A stretch of DNA of 64,000 bases from Octopus vulgaris (Eukaryota), in contig OX597833.1 in assembly GCA_951406725.2 (NCBI GenBank), forward strand, positions 43,152,001 through 43,216,000, read 5' to 3'. Positions 25,654 to 39,548 of the stretch are shown piece by piece; within the stretch, counting starts at the first letter, position 1, and the number at the start of each line of letters is the position of its first letter. The notes below the pieces were generated by a model. It saw only the letters and a program-made list of their open reading frames with translations, had not been told where the DNA came from and did not search any database. The position numbers and the translations under genes are program-made.

Positions 25654-26221
25654 GGCACTTATTCTATCGGTCGTTTATACCGAACAGCTGGTCATGTGGA
25701 CGTGGCCAAATCAGTACCATTTGCCAAGCAGTGATGTAGACAGATACACAAAGACATACACACACTCGTACATATATACATACACACACACGTATATATA
25801 ATACACACATATGTACATATATATATGTGTGCGTGTATGCGTGTGTGGTGTGCGTGTGTGTGTCTACGACGAGCTTCCACGTGATTTCCGTTTACCAAAT
25901 TCACTCAAAAGGCACTGGTCGGCCAGGAGCTATAATATAAGACACTTGTCCAAGGTGCCAGGAAGTGGGACCGAATCTGAAACCTTTTGATTGCAATGAA
26001 AGCTTTACATCCACAGAGAACAATGCTTGTGCCTATAAAAGTACATTTGAACTACTTTTCCATGGTTGGTGTCCTTTTTTGTGTTTTTATATTACACATC
26101 GATCGGTGGAATCTACAATTGGTGACACAGAAAAAGAACATGATAGCTTCCGCTTATCATAAGTGGTGACAACAATTTAAGATCTCTCTCACATACACAC
26201 ACGCACACACACACACACACA

Positions 26222-26260
<39 letters not shown>

Positions 26261-26274
26261 TACTACTGTTTATA

Positions 26275-27003
26275 CTACTCTTTTACTTGTTTCAGTCATT
26301 TGACTGCGGCCATGCTGGAGCACCACCTTTAGTCAAGTAAATCAACCCTAGGACTTATTCTTTGTAACCCTAGTACTTATTCTATCAGTCTCTTTTGCTG
26401 AACCGCTAAGTTACGGGGATGTAAACACACCAACATCGGTTGTCAAGCTATGCTGGGGGGGACAAACACAGACACCCAAACAAACACACACACACACACA
26501 CATGCACATACATACATATGTGCACACAAAGGCACGCACACTTCTGTGTGTTTGTGTGAAAAATATTTAATATATTTTATATATTTGATCAACAGAAACT
26601 CTGTGGTAAGAAGCTTGCTTCCCAGCCACATGGTTCTGGGTTCAGTTCCACTGCGTGATAACTTGGGCAAGCGTGTGTTCTGCTATAACCTCGGGCCGAC
26701 CAAAGCCTTGTGAGAGAATTTGGTGGAAGGAACTGAAAGAAGCTCATCATGTGTGTATGTATATATATATATATATATATATACATATTTATGTGTGTGT
26801 GTGTCTTTCTGTCTGTGTTTGTGCACCACCACTGCTTCACCACCGGAATTAATGTGTTTACATCCCTCTAACATAGCGGTTTGGCAAACGAGTCCAATAA
26901 AATAAGTACCAGGGTCGATTCATTCGACTAACAATTCTTAAAGGCGTTGCCCCAACAAGGCCGCAGTTTAATGCCTGAAACAAGTAAATATAAAAGAAAA
27001 GAT
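26275..27003. mobile_element. Two family A SINE copies in opposite orientation (26275-26490 minus, 26600-27003 plus)
   Basis: Both match 41295-41686. Confidence 0.85.
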
Positions 27004-27299
27004 AAATATTAGATCGCAGAATATCATGTAGCTGAGAGTGAGGAATCGACCACCATGTGTTTCGTATAGTTTCTAATAATATTCATCAACCAGGAACCTT
27101 GCCACTTACTTACGAACGTTAGGAAAAACAAAATATTCTATTACTAGCGTAAGATCATTTACTGAAGGAACTAAGATATCGCTTTTATTAGTAAATATGT
27201 ATATAATGTATAATAAACACATATTTTGGTTTGCTGTGAAAATATAATTTGTGATTAATTTGTTTATGTTTTTCATTGAGATAAGTGACTTTGGGGGAA

Positions 27300-27522
27300 T
27301 ATTGGTTTCAAATTTTGGCACAAAACCAGCTAGTTCAGGGAAAAGGTGTAAGTCGATTAAATCGACTCCAGTGCTCAACAGATATTTATTTTACCAACCC
27401 CGAAAGGATGAAAGGCAAAGTCGACCTCGGCGGAATTTGAACTCAGAACGCAAAGACGGACAAGATGTTACTAAGCATATTTTTGTGTGTCCGCTCGCAA
27501 ACTATTCTGCCAGCTCGCCGCT
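27300..27522 (-). mobile_element. SINE family B variant
   Basis: ccccgaaaggatgaaaggcaaagtcgacctcggcggaatttgaactcagaacg...gccagctcgccg. Confidence 0.85.
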
Positions 27523-27877
27523 TAACTTTGGTGGAACATTTATACGAATCACTTGTTGAATGATTCCTTACGTCCAGCCAAAGATTCTGAGGTCTAATCA
27601 TGGATTATATCTTTCGAGGTGAATTGCATGTTTATTAAACATATTGTGTATGATTTCCCTATGAAAATCTACTTAATCAACACTGTGGCTGTGAAATAGC
27701 AGTGGGTAATGAGAAGGCGGTCGCTCCCGAGTTACTCTTTTACGGGGACGGCACTTTTGGGTCTGCTGTACAAACCTGTGTAAGGGGTAGGCAGGCTAAC
27801 TCAAGTGCTACCCCGGGTGACACACTTTCAAACTTCGGCACTGTGTTATGGTGATGCCTTTACCTATGCATACATGC

Positions 27878-27957
<80 letters not shown>

Positions 27958-27986
27958 GTGTAGTGAATATGTGTATCTATCTATCT

Positions 27987-28026
<40 letters not shown>

Positions 28027-28033
28027 CTATCTA

Positions 28034-28121
<88 letters not shown>

Positions 28122-28461
28122 TTATCTATCTGTGTGTGATTACGTATGTAAGTGTGTGTATGCACCAACATTGTTACTATTGTTATTGATTATGTCTCCC
28201 TCCAATTCAGTCTGTATACATAACTGCGCCCCCACACAAACATCACACACACCGCCACAAAACCCCACCCATCATCATCATCATCATCATCATCATCGTC
28301 ATCATCAACAACAACATCACCATTGACATTGTCACTGTTGTCATCGTTGTTATCATCATCATCATCATCATGATCATCATCGTCATCATCATCATCAATC
28401 ATCATCTCATCACATCATCTTCATCATCATCATGATCATCATGATCATCATCCTCATCATT

Positions 28462-28518
<57 letters not shown>

Positions 28519-28524
28519 GTCATT

Positions 28525-28557
<33 letters not shown>

Positions 28558-28591
28558 TTCATCATCATCATGATCATCATGATCATCATCC

Positions 28592-28632
<41 letters not shown>

Positions 28633-28638
28633 GTCATT

Positions 28639-28719
<81 letters not shown>

Positions 28720-28770
28720 GTCATTATCATCATCATCATCATCATCATCATCATTATCATCCTCATCACA
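27878..28770. repeat. (TCTA)n array (27878-28130) and long (CAT)n array (28270-28770)
   Basis: Directly visible; the variant block catcttcatcatcatcatgatcatcatgatcatcatcctc is duplicated at ~28412 and ~28553. Confidence 0.96.
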
Positions 28771-28916
28771 ATAAAGAAAAGACACCGTCACTATTATGAA
28801 CAAAGGGCGTGGTTCTGGATACATTTCTTTATCTTATTGTTTCAGCCTTTGGACTGCTGTCTGTCTCTCTGTATGTATATACATACATACACACACGCGC
28901 GCGCACACGCATGCAT

Positions 28917-28947
<31 letters not shown>

Positions 28948-29271
28948 CACACACATACACGCACACACATATCAGGAACTATATTAGAAGATACTTGCCC
29001 AAGTTGCCGCGTAGTGGGCCAACGGGCTTCTTAACCTGGGACATAATGTCCTTAACCATTGTTCTGTACATACAAGACCTTTATGCAATTAATCATCACG
29101 AACAACAACCGCAACAACAATAATTAATATAGTAATCACTTGGCCTGTCGAAAATAGTAGACAAATCTGCCTCAAATCATTCTCTACCGCCTTACAGACC
29201 GGATGGTGAGGGTTAAAATACAAGCAGGGCTTAGCAAGAACTAAGCAGCAGCAGCAGCCGTTCAAGAATTT

Positions 29272-29348
29272 GGACCTGGAGATCTCCATTTCCAGGTACT
29301 TCGAGGGCCACCTCCAAGTGGTGTCGGGTGTCAACGAAGAGCCCTCGA
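29272..29348 (+). ncRNA. HDV-like ribozyme candidate
   Basis: P2 UCGAGGGC/GCCCUCGA, P3 CAC/GUG around CUCCAA, then GUGUC-GG, a short P4 and CGAAGA; the 5' strand of P1 is imperfect. Confidence 0.45.
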
Positions 29349-29748
29349 CTACAACAAGACGACCAAAGTTTTTTTTTTTCTTTCCAATGTCTGGGGTCTC
29401 CCGCCCCTAAGCCCTAGACCATCACCTAATCACCCTTACCCGTCTTGTTGCTTAACAACAACAACAACAACAACAGCAGCAGCAGCAGCAGCAACAACAA
29501 CAACAACAACAGCAACACCACCACCACCAACAACAACAACAACAGTAAGAACAACATTAATATCATTTACAATATCATAAGCGGTCGTAGTCACTTAACA
29601 GTTACCATTATGTCCATTACAAGCCATTTGTGAGATTGTAATCAAAATAATTATTCAGCCACGCCAAAGTAAAAAAAAAAAACAAAACAAAAACAATATC
29701 AACTGTAAAAGACATTTCTTTCCCTTAAACGATGCACACACCGACACA

Positions 29749-29780
<32 letters not shown>

Positions 29781-30074
29781 CAGCATGCGCTCACACAAAC
29801 CCTCACACTCACATGTACACACTTATGCTATATAAACACTCCCCTATGTCATCCCACGCGTACATATTTATACAATTGTTCACTCACGTATGCATCCATC
29901 AATAATTCCCCCTCACACACAAACGTCGACTTTAGAACACGTAAATATTTAAACACCCGTACACAGCCACCCAAATACACACCGAAATGCGCACACATAC
30001 ATATGTATATATGTATGTACATATATACATATGTATATATGTATGTACATATATACATACATATATATATATAT

Positions 30075-30430
30075 ACTCTTTTACTCTTTTACTTGTTTCA
30101 GTCATATGACTTTAGTCGAGCAAACTTTGTAAACCTAGTACATATTCTATCGGTCTCTTTGCCGAACCGCTAAGTTACGAGGACGTAAACACACTAGCAT
30201 CGGTTGTCAAGCAATGTTGAGGGGACAAACACAGACACACATATATAAATATATATAAACATATATACGACGGACTTCTTTCAGTTTCCGTCTACCAAAT
30301 CCACTCACAAGACTTTGGTCGGCCCGAGGCTATAGTAGAAGACACTTGCCCAAGGTGCCACGCAGTAGGACTGAACCCGGGAGCATGTGGTTGGTAAGCA
30401 AGCTACTTACCACACAGCCACTCCTACACC

Positions 30431-30432
<2 letters not shown>
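30075..30432 (-). mobile_element. SINE family A
   Basis: Reverse complement of 41295-41686 with internal deletions; (ctctttta)n tail. Confidence 0.9.
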
Positions 30433-30464
<32 letters not shown>

Positions 30465-30468
<4 letters not shown>

Positions 30469-31040
30469 TTAGATAAAACTTGATATGTTTCGACCAAAGG
30501 TTGGTCCAGGCCATATCTAACTTAATAGCACCACCTGATAGGATTATCTGAATCCTGTTTAAGTCAAGTTTTGTTTATGGTCCATTCAATTAGTGAGTTT
30601 TTGTTGGGTGAGTTGTATCCAATTATGGGTGGATTATCTGGTATTCCTTGAAGGAATCTATCCAGACTCCATTTAAAGTTGATGGGATCCTTTTCCTCTT
30701 TGATCTCTTTCGGGACAATGTTAAATAGGGCAGGACCTGTTGAGGGAAAGAAATTATGTTACAGTGTACATGTATGCTGTGATCTTGAATTGGGCAAGGG
30801 ATGTATGGCCCGTGGTCCCAGTCTTGGATGAATCTTGAAGCTAATGTTCAGGCCGTTTGGGCAAAGTTGGCGGTATATTCTCCACATCGTGCAAATGATG
30901 TACCGCCCACGGCGACGCTGGAGAGAGTAGAGTTTCAAGGCTTTAAGGCGGTCTCAATAATCGAGAGCAGCCATGCTTTCAATTCATTTAGTGAGTGCCC
31001 TCTGGGGTGATTCAATCCTCGAGATGTTTTGTCTTGTATA
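30465..31040 (-). mobile_element. 5'-truncated CR1-like LINE, 3' end of ORF2 plus 3'UTR
   Basis: Minus-strand translation RIESPQRALTK*I..DRLKALKLYSLQRRRGRY..HPRLG..GPALFNIVPKEI..FKWSLDRFLQGIPDNP..NSLIEW; 3' stem-loop gaccaa-cct-ttggtc and short repeat tail. Confidence 0.85.
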
Positions 31041-31163
31041 ATATATATATACGCCTATAGGCCTGCTCGCTTAGCCAGTGGGGTGGCGTCGTTTGAAGGC
31101 TAATAATTGTGACCAGCGATGTGTAGCAACATCTGATAGCCTGGTCGGTCACGTGATCATGTG

Positions 31164-31270
<107 letters not shown>

Positions 31271-31272
31271 CA

Positions 31273-31849
31273 CAGGCTGTGGAAAAAATAACGCCCTTTG
31301 TTATTTTTGTGGTTTTCTACTTTCAACAGGATGGTTCACAACCCTAACTATGGGTAAAACGTTCAGGAGTTGTTAAATCTTCATTTTAAGGTGAGGTGGA
31401 TAGGACTACGTAGAACAATTGGGTGGTCATCAGACCTAATACCACCTGACTTTTTCTTGTGGCTGTATTGAAAGTTCTTGTTTACTCCCTGAAACCGAAA
31501 ACAATTCATGAATTTAAACAAGCAATTTCTGATAAATGTTCCGCAATTAACTGGAAATGTGTCAAAAGGTTTGTAGAAGTGTTGCTGGTAGGGTTCGGCA
31601 TTTTACTGAAAATGAACGAGAGAGTTTTGAACATGTCAATTAAATTCTTTATCATAATGAATAATGTTATTTTGATGGAGCAATACTTAATAAATTTCTT
31701 AAAACTACTGCAATTTATTTTTATTAATTGTCTTTTTCATTTCTTTAACTATTGTAATAAATTTTTGTACAATAAAAAATTACTAAATAACAAATGTTTT
31801 GTTCTATAAAAATTACTAAATGAACGGGCGTGACTTCTGCCGCACCCTG
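31273..31849 (+). mobile_element. Internally deleted Tc1/mariner-superfamily element (maT/rosa-like C-terminus)
   Basis: TIRs caggctgtggaaaaaataacgccc / gggcgtgacttctgccgcaccctg, TA at the right end; residual SSDLIPPDFFLW..LKVLVYSLKPKTIHEFKQAI..FEH. Confidence 0.75.
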
Positions 31850-32291
31850 TATATTAATATTTAGCAGAAGCAAGGCGGTGTGCTGGAAGAATCGGTAATA
31901 AGCCGGCAAAAGGCTTAACGGCATTTCATCAGTCTTTATGTTGTGCGTTCGAATTAGACCGAGGTCGACGTTGTCTTTTATCCTCTTTAGGTAGATAAAA
32001 TAAGTATCAGTTCATCACTGGAGTTGGTGTCATCGATTTACCCATTCCCCGACTTCTGCTAGTTATAGATCGAAGCGATCTGACTAGTTTGAAATGCTAA
32101 CGTACGAAACTCATGACCCTTCAGTCACTTTGTTGCTTCTACTAAGTATTAATAAAAATATCATTATACACCTCATATTTTGAGTTCTATCTTCCTCTTT
32201 GCATAGAAATATATATATGGAAATATAATTTTTTTCAGAATGAGATAAAAAAAAACCAAGGCTGTGAAGATTTTAAAACATTTATAAATAG

Positions 32292-32338
32292 GTTTTACAG
32301 CTGTTTCCAGGAATTTATTATATCCTTTCATCGGAAAC
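32292..32338 (-). ncRNA. Type-I hammerhead motif in the inverted PLE pseudo-LTR
   Basis: Minus strand: GUUU-CCGAUGA-aaggauauaauaaauuccug-GAA-ACAGCUGU-A-AAAC. Confidence 0.75.
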
Positions 32339-32471
32339 GGTGTGAGAAAATGATTAAGCAATAGTTAATTTAGATAAGATACAAAATAGAGAGTGAAGTG
32401 GGGGAATGAAAATAGATGTGAGATATGCAGGGATATTGCATTTGTAGATCCATTATTTAGGCAGAAAAAAG

Positions 32472-32798
32472 TTTAAGCAACGATATGCCGCTCACCTCCA
32501 TTCTTTTAGATGCGATAAACATAGTAAATCTACAACACTCACCAACCACATTCATCATCTCAAAAATGCAAATATACCCTATATTCTATCATGGTCCATA
32601 CTGGACTCAGGGCTTCCCTACCGAGGTCAACGCTCAACCTGCAAACTTTGCCTGAAGGAGGCACTTCACATATTAAAACACAACTATCCAGCACTGCTAA
32701 ATAAATATAATGAGGCATTAAGCACATGCAACCACTGCTTTTTTCACACATTCAAATTCTACCACAAATCCAAATGCCTAAATGACCAAACATTATAA
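32472..32798 (+). pseudogene. PLE GIY-YIG endonuclease C-terminal fragment (open frame, no start codon; absent from the ORF track)
   Basis: FKQRYAAHLHSFR..KSTTLTNHIHHLK..SWSILDSGLPYRGQRSTCKLCLKEALHIL..LLNKYNEALSTCNH..*; 109 codons including the stop. Confidence 0.85.
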
Positions 32799-33821
32799 TT
32801 CCACAATACCCCTTACGTAACCCCAATAACCTTTATAAATCTACATTTTAGCTCTTAATACCTATCTAATTTATCACTTAAACTCGAATATCACAACCAT
32901 CTAATTATATTCGTGTGTATATGCGTACATGCATATGTGCGTGTATATGTATATGTGTGTATGCGTGTATGTATGTATGTGTGTATGTGTGAATGTATGT
33001 ATGCAAAGTATATATACCTGCGTGTACAGGGACGATAATACATACAGATACAGGTATATATGGATGTGCATGTGTACACATACATATGAGTATGAGTTGT
33101 ATATGAAGATATTGATAGGTATAAACATCTGTATAAATATATATATATATGTCTAATATATACATATGTATACATCTTCACATATATGTTTCCTTCTATT
33201 ACTAAGCACTGACCAGTCCAACCACCTAATCTATATTCCTAGATTCCTCATTCCATACTACTACCCCTCTCTCTGCTCCATCACTTAGACCCTATCACTA
33301 CATAACTGACACTCCTTTACTTTTTACATTATTATACCTCCCTTTCTCTATCACCCCCTCATTCCTTCTATCTTTTTACACTCTTATACCTTTCTCTCTC
33401 TATCACCATCATCTCCCCATTCCTACTTTCAAAGTATCTTGACTGACCACTAACTGGTACACTTTCCCTTATTATCTCTCTCCTTGTTTTCCTTTTTTCT
33501 TTCTTTCTTTCTTTTCTTCATTCCTCTCTTCTTATTTTCGATTTGACCATACAAATACGTTCCCTACTTTTAGGTCACTTTAAATAAAACCCTTGATTCA
33601 ATAGCACTATGTACAAACTCCATACTTGGAAAGACCAATTTTAAATACTATTGGATTTTACTCACAAGGTATTGGAATATTTTATGTATACCATTCTGCC
33701 TAAATAATGGATCTACAAATGCAATATCCTTGCATATCTCACATCTATCTTTATCCCTCCACTTCAATCTTTATTTCGTATCTTATCTAAATTAACTATT
33801 GTTTAACCATTTCCTCACACT

Positions 33822-33869
33822 GTCTCCGATGAAGGGATATAATAAATATCCTGGAAACAGCTGTAAGAC
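33822..33869 (+). ncRNA. Type-I hammerhead motif in the 3' PLE pseudo-LTR
   Basis: GUCU-CCGAUGA-a GGGAUAU aauaa AUAUCCU g-GAA-ACAGCUGU-A-AGAC; stem III is the palindrome ACAGCUGU. Confidence 0.8.
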
Positions 33870-34106
33870 CTTCTATTTATAAATGTTCTAAAATCTTCAC
33901 ATCCTTGGTTTTTTATCTCATTCTGAAAAAAAAAATTTATATATACACATGCTGATATATGACCTACGTTGCACTCATTCGCATAATCACCGAACCTGGA
34001 ACCTAACTATGGTCTATCCATAGCACTTACTCAACATTACCTGACTCCTTTGTGTCTTACTGACTCCATTATCTCTCATAACCTATATATATATATATAT
34101 ATATAT

Positions 34107-34266
34107 AGGCACAAGAGTGACTGTGTGATAAGAAGCTTGCTCCCAACCACATGGTTCCGGTTTCAGTTCTACTGCTTGGTACCCGGGGCGAATATCTTCT
34201 ACTATAGACTCGGGCCGACCAAAGCCTTCTGAGTGGATTTGATAGACGGAAACTGGAAGAAGCCCG

Positions 34267-34305
<39 letters not shown>

Positions 34306-34480
34306 GGTAGGTAGGTATATATATATATGTGTATGCATGTATGCATGTATGCATGCATGCATGTATGTTTGTATGTATGTATGTATGTATGTATGCATAT
34401 GTGCGGGTGCGTATGTGTGTGTGTCTGATTTTGTGTCATTGTATTTCCCCCACCACCGTTTGACAAGTGTTGTTGATTTT
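34107..34480 (+). mobile_element. SINE family A (5' two-thirds)
   Basis: Matches the family A head and middle. Confidence 0.8.
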
Positions 34481-34489
34481 CTCTTAGAT

Positions 34490-35010
34490 TGCAAACGCGT
34501 ACACTTTGTGATGTGATGTAGCAGTCATGAGAACAAGAAAGTCTGAGCCTCTTTCGGTATTAGTGCCATCTTCACATCCTCGTCGTAACATACCCATGCA
34601 CAGTCGTATTTTAGTTTACTGGGCGTTTCGCATCCAGGTCTTTTAGGTTTTTTCCACATCCTTTCAGTTCGCTGTGCCTTTCACAGCCAGGTCTACGGAG
34701 TGGATTTCCTATACAGACCAGTCAAGTATCCCAAATGTTAGTATCAGTACTGGCACTGAAATAACATTATGGAATGTTATCGGGTTGTAAAATGAGAGTA
34801 CCGACTACCATAGTTTTCTAAGTCTGGTGTAATATTCTCGGATCACTCTATTTTAATTCAGAGCACCCGATATGTGTTCTTCCATGCCAAGATATTTGCG
34901 GCATTCTTTGTGCTGAACAGGAGAGATAAAGAGAGAGACCGTTGATGGATAAGTATGGAGTTTGGGGGACCAATTTTCCAGGAATACTTCATTTGGCCAA
35001 ATTCCATTCT
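34490..35010 (-). mobile_element. Decayed R4/Dong-type reverse transcriptase fragment
   Basis: Minus strand: MEFG..KYLGMEE..IREYYTRLRKLW*SVLSFYN..HNVISVPVLILTFGILDWS. Confidence 0.7.
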
Positions 35011-36449
35011 TATATCTGCTGAAAACGTTTGTACGTGTCTGTCTGTCTGTCTTTCTGCATGTATGTAAAATAGGTTTCTAGTTTTACATTTTTTCTGAAT
35101 GTTTTTTTTTTCCTTTCATATTTTCGTATGATTTTCGTAAAGATATAGTTTATTATTTTTATGACATTAAATTCTGTAAATTCAATAACAGCGTTTTTTG
35201 ACATTCTTCGGCTTAGCTTCAGAATTTATAGGTGCTGAAGCATCTTTAATGCAAGCAGAATCGATGTATCTACTGCTGTACTACTGGTTGCCAAAAAAAA
35301 ATTTGGAATTTGTACATTAAATTCACACGTCATCATTCCGTTGTATATATTTGTCTATGCCTATTACATATCAACATATGTTTACTTGAGGAAAAAGCTG
35401 TGTTATAAGTATGGCATTCATCATTAATCATCAATATTTCATAGGTGGTGGTGGGGGAGTTCTGTGGATTTCAAATGTTTGTATTACTAATGTTTACTTA
35501 TCAAGCCTTGTTACCATTTGTCTGGTAGAGTGCATTGCATTTGCTTCTTGTTGTAGCACGTTGTTAGCCATGGTGCTATATTGACATATTGCATCAAAAA
35601 TTACTGCCGTCTTATTTATCTAAAGAAAACCTTTCCCCATGATCTCAAACACACAGATACATACACCACACACACACACATACATACATACACACATGCA
35701 AAAACACACACAGATACATTTGTATGGATATACATACACAAACCTATAGTCTTACATATGTACATACATATACATCCTTACCTTCAATGAAAGATTACAC
35801 ACAAGCATACAGATATGCATAATTGAACAGATAAATACATATAGAACACGTGCACACAAATACACATATATAAATACATCTGTGTATGTATATGTCTGTG
35901 TGTGTGTGAGTATGTGTGTAAATACTTAGAAACATATGTGCGCTGATATACACAGTGGAACACTAATAAAGCACTCTAAAAGTACATTCTTGCAAGCCTG
36001 TCTATCTGTACATGTTCAAGTAAGCTGAACATGAAAATATCAGATTACAATCGTAAATATATATACACACACATATATATATACATATATATATGTGTAT
36101 GCATGCTTGCGGGCGTGTGCATCTGTGTGTTGTGTATGTGTGTGCGTGTATGTAAAATATAGGATAATTTCTCAAGGGTGCCTTCTACATGGAGTACATA
36201 ATGTATCGACTAACATACTTGAGGTGACGGATTGTGAGTGGAAAATAATTCAACATTAATTGAAATTAAAATCTTGAGGAGAAGAAAAGGCATTAGCGTT
36301 AATGAAAGTTCTTTTCAGAAAAGGCAAGACGGAGAACTCACGAAATTCAATCGCCCAAAAGTTAATGGCGATTTTCCGGAAATTCGTCTGATCTTTAGCG
36401 GCTATGATAACAAGTACATTACTGACGATTATTTCTTTCTTTCTGTTTT

Positions 36450-36481
<32 letters not shown>

Positions 36482-37383
36482 TCGCTCCTTCTCCAAATCA
36501 TGCCACACACATATCCCCTCTCTGTCTGTTTGTTGGTCTGTATGTCTATTTGTCTGTCTCTGTCTCTGTCACTGTCTTCTTCCTCTCTCAGTTATGTTTT
36601 TTTTTATTTCATCTACTCTCAGTCATGATGCTATTCCATTGTATATTAGAATACCATGCGTTCATTTATGTATACGTTTGCTTCTGCTTAAGTCTGCGAG
36701 TACGTATAAGTGTGCGCGCGCGTTTGTGTGTCTGAGTGTGTGTGTGTGTGTATGTGTGTGTGTGTGTGTGTGAGTGTGTGTGTGTATGTGTGTATGTGAG
36801 TGTGTGTGTGTATGTGTGTATGTGTGTATGAGTGTGTGTGTATTTGTGTGTTCGAATATGCATATGTGTTAGAAGTAGAAGTAAAGGAAAAGAAGAGAAA
36901 GATGAGGTTGGTGATAATGATGATGAAGAAGAAGGAGGAGGAGGAGGAGGAGGAGAAGAAGAAGAAGAAGAAGAAGAAGAAGAAGAAGAAGAAGAAGAAG
37001 AAGAAGAAGAAGAAGAAGAAGAAGAAAATAATTGGCTAGATAGTAGATTTAAAAACAATTAAATGAGTGTATATGTAATTATCACGAGCGAGTGGGGGAA
37101 AGAGAGGGAAGGTGTGTGCACGAGCGTGTCAATGTATGTGTATGTGTGTGTGTGTGTGTGTGTATGTATATGCGAGATAGACAGGAAAGGAAAGTAACAG
37201 GAGGGGGAGCAAGATATATAGACTAGCAGTAGGTATGCACAAGCGCAAATACATATGCTGGCAAAAAGACATTCACACGTGCACACATGCTTTCTCATCA
37301 TACCAGCGACAGCAGATCCACATTTACACCTGTGCTAGACCTTGCCATTTGGTGTGTTGAAGGCGTTAATAATATTCATCGCA

Positions 37384-37618
37384 AAAAGGCGGCGAGCTGG
37401 CAGAAATGTTAGCACGCCGGGCGAAATACTTAGCCGTATTTCATCTGTCGTTACGTTCCGAGTTCAAATTCCGCCGAGGTCGACTTTGCCTTTCATCCTT
37501 TCGGGGTCGATAAATTAAGTACCAGTTACACACTGGGGTCGATGTAATCGACTTAATCCCTTTATCTGTCCTTGTTTGTCCCCTCTATGTTTAGCCCCTT
37601 GTGGGTAGTAAAGAAATA
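37384..37618 (+). mobile_element. SINE family B, full length, young
   Basis: Perfect 16-bp TSD aataatattcatcgca at 37368-37383 and 37619-37634. Confidence 0.95.
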
Positions 37619-38106
37619 AATAATATTCATCGCAGACAGAAAATATTAGTCCAATGCAGAGTATATGTACATATGGAAAGGTGTATTAGTGTGTGTGTGA
37701 GTGTGTGTGTGTGTATGTGTGTGTATTTATGCATCTATTTGCACATGCTTGTGCGTGTATTTGCGTGTCTGTGAATAAGTATATACGTGTCATTCTAAGG
37801 ATCAACTTTTCTTTTATACGTCTTGTTAAATATTAAGACACGGTGAAGTTTTAACGTCTTTCATTAATATTCCAATATTTCAATATTTCTTTGTTACATT
37901 TTGAGTCTCATTTTGTTTGGAACGGTAATGCTACAAGTTTCATTGATAATCGATAATTCTAGACTTTCACGGTTATATTGTCTGGATGGAGTGGTTGGTT
38001 ATTGATAGCATGTGTTGTAGAGACTACAGATACATAGATATGTACATATACATTCAAACATATGCATTATATATGTGTGTATGGAGAGAGAGAGGGGGAG
38101 AGTGCT

Positions 38107-38146
<40 letters not shown>

Positions 38147-38330
38147 GTGTGGTGAAGAAGCTTGCGCTGCATCTGCGCGTTTTCTGGTTCAATCCTATTG
38201 CGCCGCCCGCCACCTTGGAAAAGGGACTTCTACTAAAAATTCAGGCCAACAAATATCTTAGGGAATTTGGTAAAAAGAAAACGGTATGGAAACTAATCAT
38301 GTATGTATGTACGTATATATTTGTAAATAA

Positions 38331-38366
<36 letters not shown>

Positions 38367-38637
38367 ATGTATAAGTACTGGCGTTGAGATATGTGTGTAT
38401 GTGTGTGTGTGTCCATGTGTGTATGTGTTTGTGTGTGTGTGCATGTGAATGAATGTTAAATTCGGCTATTAATACACAGTTAACTCGTATTAAACTGTAA
38501 ATACTAGTAAGAATGGGGACATTTTTTAGTGAAGGATAGAGTTAAATTCCTTATAAAATTTGTATTGACTAGGACCATAAGTCTCGCCTAACGCTATATT
38601 CAGCCTATGAATATATATATACCTACACACACACACG

Positions 38638-38689
<52 letters not shown>

Positions 38690-38694
<5 letters not shown>

Positions 38695-38858
38695 CGGGCT
38701 TTTTTCAGTTTCCATCTACCAAATCCACTCACAGGGTTTTGGTCGGCCCGAGGCTATAGTAGAAAACACACTTGCCAAAGGTGGCACGGAGTGGGACTGA
38801 AACCGGAACTGTGTGGCTGGGAAGCAAACTTGTTACCACACAGCCCCGCCTGCGCCTA
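38690..38858 (-). mobile_element. SINE family A, 5' half
   Basis: Reverse complement of the family A head. Confidence 0.85.
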
Positions 38859-38898
38859 TACACGCTACCACGCCTATGTGTGTGTGTGCATGTATACA

Positions 38899-38948
<50 letters not shown>

Positions 38949-39142
38949 TACATACATTCATTCGTACATATATATTATGTATATTTGTATGAGTGTGTGT
39001 ATGCATGTACATATGTATTGATATATGTATGTATAACGGATTGGTCACAGCTGTATTGCTTTTGGTTATAGGTCTGCGTAATCGGGGCTCAACTGGGGCT
39101 AAACAACAACGGCGAAATATTCCAGATATTTCAATACATACA

Positions 39143-39238
<96 letters not shown>

Positions 39239-39272
39239 GATACATATATATATATGTATTTATATATATATT

Positions 39273-39306
<34 letters not shown>

Positions 39307-39513
39307 GACATATAGATACACACATTCCTTTGTATCCCTCGTCCAACTTTTATCTTAACATCTCACTCACACACATTCTTTCCCCCCATTTTGTATCTCT
39401 GTCTCAATCATTCCGTTTCTCTCCTCATTTCCCCGCTCTTACTCTACTGCACCTCAGTCTCTCTCTCTCTCTTTCTCTGTCTGTTTGCCTGTCTGTATGT
39501 CTGTCTGTCTGGT

Positions 39514-39548
<35 letters not shown>

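Larger units (their letters stand above)
32228..33936 (+). mobile_element. 5'-truncated Penelope-like element with an inverted pseudo-LTR at its 5' end
   Basis: Inverted arms 32228-32466 and 33694-33936, each with a hammerhead; GIY-YIG endonuclease C-terminus at 32472-32798. Confidence 0.88.

Noticed and set aside
27700-27850. GC-rich island with a ggggtag..ctacccc hairpin, considered as an HDV-like ribozyme
   Set aside because: No P3/L3 or P2 elements were found; it remains unexplained.
30480-30520. Minus-strand stem-loop followed by GAAAC, resembling a hammerhead
   Set aside because: No CUGANGA-like core; its position fits the 3' recognition stem-loop of the CR1-like LINE.
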